Origin: a virus
Reading direction: 5' to 3' (one strand)
Virus record (IMG/VR): IMGVR_UViG_3300037258_000147
Coordinates: 32,001 to 96,000 of that record
DNA length: 64,000 bases
Shown: in pieces, positions 56,078 through 64,000 of the stretch
How positions within the stretch are numbered: position 1 is the stretch's first letter
Layout of the letters: each line of letters begins with the position of its first letter
Made by a program: the position numbers and the translations under genes
The notes under the pieces: model-generated
What the model was told of the DNA's origin: nothing
Seen by the model: the letters and a program-made list of their open reading frames with translations, nothing else
Database searches by the model: none

Positions 56078-57106
56078 ATGGTAAAAGCTAACAAAAAGAT
56101 ACCCTCAAAACCAATATCCCTGAATGACGAGCAACAGGCCGTGGTGTCGGCCCGATCCGGGGTTTTCCAAGTCCAGGCAGGCCCGGGAAGTGGAAAGACT
56201 TTTGCTTGTACCCAGCGTATGGCCGGAATCCTGAAAGAAGGGGTTTCGCCAGACGATTTACTTTCTTTGTCCTTTACCTCAACCGGGGCGAAAAACCTAA
56301 AGACTAAAATCGAGGAAATTACCGGGGCCTTGTCCATTAATCGGACAGCCGGTACAATGACTTTTCACGGAATGGGGTTGAGATTTGCCCAAGAAGAAAG
56401 AGATGCGTTTAATTTTAAGGTTGCTGAATTCCCTCTTGCTACGGAGCCCGTGGCGTGCAAGCTGTCTGCCGAGGCCGCAAGACGATATGAAATTGATCCC
56501 CGCCTACTCCGGTCCCAGACAAGCCTATATAAGCGGAACCGGATTTCTCCTGCTGAGGCTGTCAAGAGAAGTGAGGCTTCACTCAAACCCCAGGAACTGA
56601 AACTCGCTTTAGCCTATAAGAACTACGACGCCAAAATGAAGGAAAACGGGGTTTTGGATTTCGACTCTCTAATGTACGAAATGGTGGAACTTCTAGAGAA
56701 ACCAGATGTCCGGAAAAGATGGCAGTATAAATACGTAATTTGCGACGAGGCCCAAGACTGTTGTATTACGGACTGGCAGTTACTGAAGCTCATTACTGAG
56801 AAACACGGAAACTTAATGTGCGTAGGGGACCCCGGCCAGTCGGTTTTCGGATTTCGAGGAGCTTCCCCAGACTTGTTTTTGAATATGGAAAAAATGTTCC
56901 CCGCAGTTCGGAAATTGTTTTTGGCCGCGAACTACCGAAGCACCCCAGAGTTAGTGTCTTTCTTGAAAGAAATCGGACCAGTTCCTGAGTTGGCTGAAAA
57001 ATTTCATACGTTAAACAGTTCAGGACCTGCGCCCGAAATAAAAGGTTTTGGAAACCAACAAGACGAAATAAACTGGATAGTTGGCAAGATCAAGGAGTCC
57101 ATTTAA
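56078..57106 (+). CDS. UvrD/PcrA helicase, N-terminal half
   Basis: AGPGSGKT, TFH, DEAQD, VGDPGQSVFGFRGA, NYRS. Confidence 0.9.
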   Translation: MVKANKKIPSKPISLNDEQQAVVSARSGVFQVQAGPGSGKTFACTQRMAGILKEGVSPDDLLSLSFTSTGAKNLKTKIEEITGALSINRTAGTMTFHGMGLRFAQEERDAFNFKVAEFPLATEPVACKLSAEAARRYEIDPRLLRSQTSLYKRNRISPAEAVKRSEASLKPQELKLALAYKNYDAKMKENGVLDFDSLMYEMVELLEKPDVRKRWQYKYVICDEAQDCCITDWQLLKLITEKHGNLMCVGDPGQSVFGFRGASPDLFLNMEKMFPAVRKLFLAANYRSTPELVSFLKEIGPVPELAEKFHTLNSSGPAPEIKGFGNQQDEINWIVGKIKESI

Positions 57107-57921
57107 TGGACAAGTCTGTCGCTATTTTAAACCGAACAAATCGGGGACTCCGGCCCTTTGAAGACGCTTTGTCCGAGGCTGGAGTGAAATACTACCTCGT
57201 AGGCCGAAGTGGTTTCTGGAGCCAGCCTGAGATTCGGGCAGTCGTTTCAATCCTGGGCTGTGTTTTGTACCCGGCAGACCACTATCTCATGGGGGCTGTT
57301 TCCTCTCCGTTCTGGCCAACAAAATTTCTGCCAAAAACGAAAATTTTATCCAGACTAAAAGAAATTAGAGGAGAGCAACCTAAGGAATCTGCAATATCTC
57401 ACTGGCAGATGCTTACCACAAGACCGGAATCGGTAGTAGAATCGAAAAACCTAGGGGCACTTCGAGAGTTTACTCAGTTCGTACACTCGCTCTCCCGATA
57501 CCGGGATTTAAGAGCAGTAGACGGACTAAAGTCTGTTATGGCGACTCTAAAAGTCGGGGATTATTTTTCTGAAATAGAGGAAACCCCAGACTCAAGTCCT
57601 CTCGACAATCTCCAGGAACTCTTAAGGTTGTCCGAAAAATGGACAAATATCCGGGAGTTTATGGATTACACTAGGCGAGCTTCGGCGGCTAGTAAGGGTC
57701 GTAAAGGAGTGGCTTTAAGTACGATCCACGGATTCAAAGGCATGGAGTCTGATATTGTGTTCCTGGTAGGGTGTCAGGAAGGCCAAATGCCTCACTCTAA
57801 ATCAACGGACTTACCTGAAGAAAGAAATCTGTTTTTCGTCGGGTGCTCTCGCCCGAAACAGGGACTTTACATTACTTACACTGGGGTCCCTTCACAATTT
57901 TTGAAAAAGGAACCCTCATGA
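57106..57921 (+). CDS. UvrD/PcrA helicase, C-terminal half
   Basis: VAILNRTN; LSTIHGFKGME; EERNLFFVGCSR. Confidence 0.9.
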   Translation: MDKSVAILNRTNRGLRPFEDALSEAGVKYYLVGRSGFWSQPEIRAVVSILGCVLYPADHYLMGAVSSPFWPTKFLPKTKILSRLKEIRGEQPKESAISHWQMLTTRPESVVESKNLGALREFTQFVHSLSRYRDLRAVDGLKSVMATLKVGDYFSEIEETPDSSPLDNLQELLRLSEKWTNIREFMDYTRRASAASKGRKGVALSTIHGFKGMESDIVFLVGCQEGQMPHSKSTDLPEERNLFFVGCSRPKQGLYITYTGVPSQFLKKEPS

Positions 57922-60043
57922 CCAAAAATCTCGCAGATACCACCCCCGAAATTCACAAACGTTGGTTTGCGGGCAAGAAATTGATTGATGTCGTCGGCTT
58001 CGAGCCGTACATCCGCTATGTGTTCGAGGGCGGCGGATATTTCGAGCAATACCGGCGTCTCGGCGAATTAAACTGGGTCAAGGTTGAAAACGGACTGCCT
58101 CCTAATAGCCCCGTAGGTCCAGAAACCGATCTGGTTCTTGTCCACACGAATCGAGAGTATCTTCCCAATATCACTACTGCTTCGGGAGAATACACAGAAG
58201 ATGGATTTCAGTGGACCTTAGATAATAAAAGGGTCCTTGAGCCAGTATGGGGAGGACGCGACCCCCTTAAAGTAACCGAGTGGGCCGCTATTAGCTTACC
58301 AATAAATCATGAAGGAAAGGTTTCCGAATGCACAAAAAACACATAACTTATGATCTGACTTGTGATCGATGCGAGCACCCTGTAGATCGTTTGAGTCAGT
58401 TGTATCTTAAGACTCCGCTGGTCGTTCGGGAGCACGGCTACGAAAATTCTCGGGATGAGACTATCTCTGAACTTTGTGACGACTGCTGGGATACATTGAT
58501 GGCGTTCTTGGGTAAAGAAACTAATTGGTGGAGAAAACTTTTCCATTTTCAAAAGAAGGAGATACCATGTCCCTGATGTCTCGTTTATCTGAAATAATGC
58601 CCAAGAAATCAGAATCTCTGTTTGCTGGTAAACTACGTATTAAACAATATCCTATTCGACACTCTGCGGATGCCTTTCTAGGTTGGCTTGGGGACGACTT
58701 ACCAAAAACCAGAGAAGAAGTACACGCGAGTCTTTGGGTATTTGGAGAAATGCTTTGCGGAGATATGGAAAAACAGGTCAACCATTCCATGAAACTGGTT
58801 GAGGACGTTATATCCAAGCATGTAAACCCAATATATGTAATAAAGAAGGAGAAAAATGAAACCAGTATCACCAGTTATTAAGGGTTTTGAGGAACATGAA
58901 TTTCTCTTAGCCAAAGACCAAAAACAATACCTCCCAATCCCAACTTTGGTTGCCGAGGGAGATGAAAAGAGTTTCATAAGTCGCTGGGAATTTACTCCAG
59001 AGGAAAAGGAGTTGATAGCAGCGGGAGGAACTCTGCTCTACCACCAACTTACTTTTGGAAACGATTTTCAGCCGATTTGTTTTGAAATCGTCGGTCCTAA
59101 GGAGAAGTTATGACTTGGTGGAATAAAGTGGCATTAAAAGAACCAGAAATACTTGGGTACAGCAGGCTTGGGGAGATGATTCCTTGCTCCAATCCCGAAA
59201 ATGTTGTACTGATTCCCGTAGCCCCACCTCCCGATCTATCCACCAAACCCGAAGATAAAATCGGGTATTGTTTTGGATATGTCTGTCCAAAAAAGCATGT
59301 CAACGAGACTTTTGACAGCATTACTATAGATGGATACAAGGAACGCAGAGCTTGTCAGACGTGCGGGGGTGTTGCGAAACCGGCTGTGGTGAAGAGGATT
59401 AGCGAAGCTCGGTGGGTAAATCACGACCGATCCTCTTCTTATGGTCTCAAACCAGACCCCGATTGGAGGTGGAGGCATGAAGTTTTCGCAGGTAGGTTCT
59501 CCGACGCGAATTGGATGATTCAGTGGACCCGACGTGAATTCTTACATTATCTGGACTCTCCAAGGTCCGCTAGGAAGAAGAAATGAAGCAAAAGCAAAAG
59601 ACCGAAGTTCTTCAGGAAATCAAGCACCCAATTACCGGTAGGGAGCCTTTTCTAGCATTCAACCAGCCTAAATTGATTATAAATATTCACGATTATTCCG
59701 GGCGGTCTCATAATTTCTTGGACGGATGGTGTGCCTCGTTTCACCCTTTCCGGAGAGGAGATACTCTAAAGTTCCAACTATGCCGAGAATATCAGGTCGA
59801 ACTAACTTGGTGGGAGCAATTGTTGGCTTGGTTTAGAGAGGTAAAATGAACGCTATCGGCGTCCCTTTGAGCTCTCCAAACTGGTGGAAGAATTGTGTAG
59901 ACCAAGACGGAAACCCTGTCCACATCCTTACCATGAAAGATTTGGAGGAGATGATTCCTAAAGAGATTATAGACAGGCTGGCTGCGGAACTCGGCAAAAG
60001 ACTGAATGAGACGATAACTAAGATAGGGAGAAATATGCTATGA
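57918..60043 (+). CDS. Cluster of hypothetical genes (57918-58346, 58328-58576, 58567-58881, 58856-59113, 59110-59586, 59583-59849, 59846-60043)
   Basis: Coupled ORFs on the plus strand. Confidence 0.6.
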
Positions 60044-61203
60044 GTTTGTACACTAGTGCTTCGGGGAGGGCCGTCAATCACGCTTCAAGTTCCAGTTTGG
60101 ATACCTACAGGCTGTGCCGACGGAAATTCAAGCTGTCCCGCATCGATGGCTGGCGGCAGAAATCCAGGAAAGCTAGTCTAGAAATTGGCAAGTGCCTTGA
60201 GACCGCTTTACAGTATTATTACGAAAATGGCTGTAAGCCTGATGATTTTTCGGACGAGTGGAAACGCTTGTGGCTGAAATTCGAGTCGATTGAACTCGTC
60301 TATACAGACCAGGAACAAGACTGGAAAACCGTTTACCAGTTAGGTACCGAGTGGGCGAAATTATTCCACGTAATCCGCGATACTCTGCCCATCCGAAATC
60401 CTAAGTGGCAACTCCAGTTTTTGAAGGAACTGTGGCCGGGTGACTTGAATCTTGGCGGCATCAACTTCATGGGATATGTGGATATCCTTTCGATTTTAGC
60501 AGACGGGACTCGGTTAATTATCGATGTAAAAACTGCGAAGTCTAGTTTACCCATAACCTCGGGAATGATGGCCCTTGACGGGCAGCTTCGTAAATACGCT
60601 TGGCTTTCCGGAATCCGAGAAGTCGGGTTTTTGAACTTCGTTAAGTGCGACCCAAATTCTTTCCGTAAAGGAGTTGGGGTAACACTACTAGAAGATACTA
60701 GAGACTGGAAAGCCGGTCAGGTTCTGGTAGTCGCTAAATATTCGGCGGCAAAAGAAGATTCTGCGGAGTTATTTTACTTAGGTACCGAAGAAACCGTCCA
60801 TAAAATGGACGAAGAACTTGACGCGATTTCTGGAAAAGGGGCTAAAGAAAAAACAGAGGCTGTTTTCTCCGGATATCTGGCAGACGGGAGACTTTGCGTA
60901 ATAACAAGATCGGCGCTCACCAAAGTTAAAATCCAGTTTGTTCGTGGTACAATACCCGAAGAAGACCTGCCCGAAATTGGCCAGCAACTAGGTACAGATA
61001 CCTATGCTATATTTCAGGCGCAGAAAACCGGATATCCGGCAGATGGGGGAGTAAGATTTCCAAACGCGATCTGTGGATGGTGTGAGATGCGTGGAATTTG
61101 CCTAAAGGACAACAGGCTGCGGGACGAACTTCTCGTCCAAATAGGCCCCAAAGTTGAAGAGGATGACTGGCTAAAGGAACTGGAAACAGAGGAGACGGAA
61201 TGA
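60040..61203 (+). CDS. PD-(D/E)XK nuclease (RecB/Cas4-like, Fe-S cysteines)
   Basis: SSSLDTYRLCRRK; GYVD...IIDVKT; QLRKY; CGWCEMRGIC. Confidence 0.85.
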   Translation: MSLYTSASGRAVNHASSSSLDTYRLCRRKFKLSRIDGWRQKSRKASLEIGKCLETALQYYYENGCKPDDFSDEWKRLWLKFESIELVYTDQEQDWKTVYQLGTEWAKLFHVIRDTLPIRNPKWQLQFLKELWPGDLNLGGINFMGYVDILSILADGTRLIIDVKTAKSSLPITSGMMALDGQLRKYAWLSGIREVGFLNFVKCDPNSFRKGVGVTLLEDTRDWKAGQVLVVAKYSAAKEDSAELFYLGTEETVHKMDEELDAISGKGAKEKTEAVFSGYLADGRLCVITRSALTKVKIQFVRGTIPEEDLPEIGQQLGTDTYAIFQAQKTGYPADGGVRFPNAICGWCEMRGICLKDNRLRDELLVQIGPKVEEDDWLKELETEETE

Positions 61204-62117
61204 TCGACAAACCCTATGACGAATACTCGGGCAAGGTCATAAAAAACCTGCTGACTTGGCAACAGGTCGGTTACATAAACAGAAAAGTTGTGTTCTCAGA
61301 ATCCTGTGTTGGCAATTTGTCCGTCCGAGAGCTTCGTGGTTTGCTCGCCGACGCTTGGTTAGCCGGACTCGCGTACAGCTTGAATCTGATTGAAGGGGAG
61401 ATGTGATGTTCACTCGGCTTAAAAGAGTTTGGAAGGTCCTGCGCGGGAAGGAATATGGCTATCCCCCGTCAGAAGTCATCTACGTGAAATCCGGAAAAGC
61501 AGAAAATCAGTTTGTCCAGCTTCTCGCTTGGCGGGATACAGTTCTCGCTCTGGATGCGCAGGGTAAGATTTGGGAACTTCGAGAGCAGGCAGGATATCCC
61601 TATGGATTTGTAAACCAACTTGTTCAGGAAAGTCCGAGGAGCTACTGATGAAAGAAGAATACAAAGCATCTTGGAATGAAGAAATTACTGACTGCTGTGA
61701 GGTTAGTCCTCAGTACGGAGGAGGATATCCGGAATATTACAAGAAGTGTCCACAATGTGGGGACGGCTCTCTATTTTGGCCCACAAAAACCCATTACGTC
61801 TATCATCCTAGCAGCTACGAGAAGAATTTGGAAGATAGGATCAAAAGTTTGGAGCAAGAGGCATGAGTCTATCCAGACGTGGTTTCTTTGGTATGCTGGC
61901 TGGTCTGGCGGCTTGTCCATTATTCGGACTAAAAAGCCTATACGCTGGTCCTATTCCCGGGCATAATTACGTCTTCCACTATAAGAATTTTATCTGCGAC
62001 GACGTAGTCTCCCCCAAAAATAGTATTGACCCCAAAAATTACGATGACTACTGCCGAGTATTTACGTGGAAACATGAACCCGGAATTCTTTGGTGGTCTA
62101 AGGAGAGTCATGACTAA
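61200..62117 (+). CDS. Four small hypothetical genes (61200-61406, 61403-61648, 61648-61866, 61863-62117)
   Basis: Coupled ORFs; the last has an SRRGFFG Tat-like N-terminus. Confidence 0.55.
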
Positions 62118-62742
62118 ACTCGTACTAATTTCTGACACCCACGGTAAGCACAGACAGTTTGATGTTCCAGACGGAGATATTTTGATCCACGCCGGGGATA
62201 TTATGACCTCTGGCTGGGACGTATCGGAAGTCATAGATTTCGATGTCTGGTTAGGGTCTCTACCCCATCCGTTTAAAATCGTAATCGCTGGTAACCACGA
62301 CTGGATTTTCGAGAAGTATTACGCTACTAGACAGCATATCACCAACGCTTTGTACCTAGAAGATTCTGGCATCGAAATGATGGGTCTGAAATTTTGGGGA
62401 TCGCCAGTCCAGCCGGAATTCAATAATTGGGCCTTCAACCGAAAACGCGGCGAAGATATTCAGAAACACTGGGACAAAATCCCGGACGACACGGACGTTT
62501 TAATCACCCACGGACCTCCTAGTGGGATTTTAGACTGGACCAAACCTGGACGGGAAAGTTTAGGCTGCCGAAATCTACGTAAAACTATAGATCAAATCAA
62601 ACCAAAACTTCACGTGTTCGGGCATATTCATGGGGGTTACGGGGTGAGTAGAGTAGAAGATACCACTTTTGTAAACGCCTCTTTGCTAGACGAAGCCTAT
62701 AGACCTGCTAATGAACCGGTTGTCGTGGAGTTGTCCGATTAA
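62110..62742 (+). CDS. Calcineurin-like metallophosphoesterase
   Basis: ISDTH, HAGD, IAGNHD, THGPP, FGHIH. Confidence 0.9.
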   Translation: MTKLVLISDTHGKHRQFDVPDGDILIHAGDIMTSGWDVSEVIDFDVWLGSLPHPFKIVIAGNHDWIFEKYYATRQHITNALYLEDSGIEMMGLKFWGSPVQPEFNNWAFNRKRGEDIQKHWDKIPDDTDVLITHGPPSGILDWTKPGRESLGCRNLRKTIDQIKPKLHVFGHIHGGYGVSRVEDTTFVNASLLDEAYRPANEPVVVELSD

Positions 62743-63242
62743 TGGAATTATATAGGGAAGCAGTAGTCAGTGACGACCAGAAATACCGCTATACTCTTTA
62801 CCGGGAATGGCGGGAGGATATTTTCGACCCGCTGAAAATTCTGAACTTCGTCATGTTGAATCCTTCCAAGGCAGACGGGCTGGTAGACGACCCGACTATC
62901 CGAAAATGTATTGGTTACGCAAAAATCGGCGATTTCAACGCAATTCGCGTAGTTAATTTATTCGCTCTGCGCTCTACTGACCCTAAACAGTTACAATACG
63001 AGTACGTTAACGGAGGTGATACAATAGGCCCGTTGAACGATTCCTATGTCCGAGAACTGCCTTCGGAAGAAACTGTTTGTGTGGCTTGGGGTTCTACCTT
63101 CCAAAACAAACCTTGGGTCCAAAACAGAATTGCTAAAACTTTCCAGTTTCTAAACAGGAAACTATACTGTCTCAAAAAGACCAAAGACGGCCATCCGTGC
63201 CATCCAGTGATGCTCGGATACGGACCTTTAATCGAATTTTAG
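62742..63242 (+). CDS. DUF1643 family protein
   Basis: YRYTL.REW; FVMLNPSKAD..DDPTIR; NLFALRSTDP; AWG; HP. Confidence 0.85.
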   Translation: MELYREAVVSDDQKYRYTLYREWREDIFDPLKILNFVMLNPSKADGLVDDPTIRKCIGYAKIGDFNAIRVVNLFALRSTDPKQLQYEYVNGGDTIGPLNDSYVRELPSEETVCVAWGSTFQNKPWVQNRIAKTFQFLNRKLYCLKKTKDGHPCHPVMLGYGPLIEF

Positions 63243-63264
63243 TCCGAAAAATGGACGGAAACAC

Positions 63265-63831
63265 ATGAGCTTATCAAAGAAAACCAGATTCGAAATATTC
63301 AAGAGAGATGGGTTCACTTGCCAGTATTGCGGGCAGCGGCCTCCTGAAGTCGTGCTTGAAGTAGACCATATTCACCCCTCTTCCAAGGGTGGTTCTGACG
63401 ACGAAATCAACCTCATAACTTCTTGTTTCGACTGCAATCGTGGGAAATCTGATAAGAAGATTGGGGACATCCATCCACGCCCGGACGCAGACATAAGGTA
63501 TCTTGAGACTCAGCAGGAAATCGGAGAAGCAAAGAGATATCTCACATCCCAAGAACAACTTGCCGTAGTCCAAAAACAGATTAAAGAGCGCCTCAAGGAT
63601 TTGTGGACTGAGTATTTGACCCCAACCTACGCACCTTCAGATAAACAGTTCGGGGCTTGGTTAGCGTGGCATAGTCCAGAAGACTTAGACTTTGCAATTC
63701 GTAGGGCTTCAGGAAAATACCAAAGCGGGTCCCTTCAAAGAGGAAACGAAAAGTACTCCTGCGAAAGCTGTATCCGATATGTCAGCGGCATCATGAAGAG
63801 CGTAGCACAAGAACGAGAAGCCAATGGATGA
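63265..63831 (+). CDS. HNH endonuclease domain protein
   Basis: RFEIFKRDGFTCQYCG...LEVDHIHP.SKGG.D...NL.TSC.DCNRGKS. Confidence 0.9.
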   Translation: MSLSKKTRFEIFKRDGFTCQYCGQRPPEVVLEVDHIHPSSKGGSDDEINLITSCFDCNRGKSDKKIGDIHPRPDADIRYLETQQEIGEAKRYLTSQEQLAVVQKQIKERLKDLWTEYLTPTYAPSDKQFGAWLAWHSPEDLDFAIRRASGKYQSGSLQRGNEKYSCESCIRYVSGIMKSVAQEREANG

Positions 63832-64000
63832 AGAAAAAACGCCGTATAAAAACCCACTGGCTGGTCTTGACTTGCGAGGAGTCCAAGCTCTCTTGAAAGA
63901 GCGGCTCTCTGTATTGGCGCATGGGTACAAATTACCCTACATGCAGTGGTATGAAGACGATTTCAAGAGTTCGGAGGGCGTCGAGGAGATGGCCCCGCTG
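63824..64000 (+). CDS. YdaU/DUF1376-like replication protein (partial)
   Basis: ...KLPYMQWYEDDF...M motif; truncated by the window end. Confidence 0.55.
   Translation, partial: MDEEKTPYKNPLAGLDLRGVQALLKERLSVLAHGYKLPYMQWYEDDFKSSEGVEEMAPL

Larger units (their letters stand above)
4058..63256. repeat. Dispersed palindrome GTCCR-N5-YGGAC (~36 perfect copies)
   Basis: Counted by eye; coordinates are listed in findings. Confidence 0.9.

Noticed and set aside
60040-61203. Cas4 as part of a CRISPR-Cas system
   Set aside because: No other cas genes or array; stand-alone phage PD-(D/E)XK nuclease.

Overview
The window is a 64 kb segment of a large tailed phage genome. An Acidobacteria-like host is inferred from the style of several proteins and was not verified. 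There are two divergent arms that meet at about 31.6-32.6 kb. The left arm (minus strand) carries a major capsid gene split by two group I introns (one encoding a double LAGLIDADG endonuclease), plus scaffold, portal, large terminase, membrane proteins and a GC-rich cassette of signal-peptide proteins. It also holds a ~9.5 kb array of 37 tRNA or tRNA-like genes covering all 20 amino acids, interspersed with HNH/EndoVII/GIY-YIG nucleases and many structured non-coding RNAs, followed by peptidases, an endolysin and a GGQ release-factor-like protein. The right arm (plus strand) has small early genes, a tyrosine integrase, family A DNA polymerase, RNA ligase, nucleotidyltransferase, clamp-loader ATPase, RecT/Bet, SSB, a split UvrD helicase, a PD-(D/E)XK nuclease and phosphatases. 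The most unusual signals are: (1) non-canonical tRNA architectures, namely tandem circularly permuted tRNA mimics, D-armless Arg tRNAs and 8/4 tRNAs; (2) about 36 perfect copies of a palindrome GTCC-N7-GGAC spread across the window, including inside tRNA-Ser variable arms and at stop/start junctions; (3) three twister ribozymes and one HDV-like ribozyme placed directly on early-gene ribosome-binding sites; (4) a coiled-coil protein gene followed by a repeat-bearing ncRNA. All RNA structures were folded by eye and need computational confirmation.
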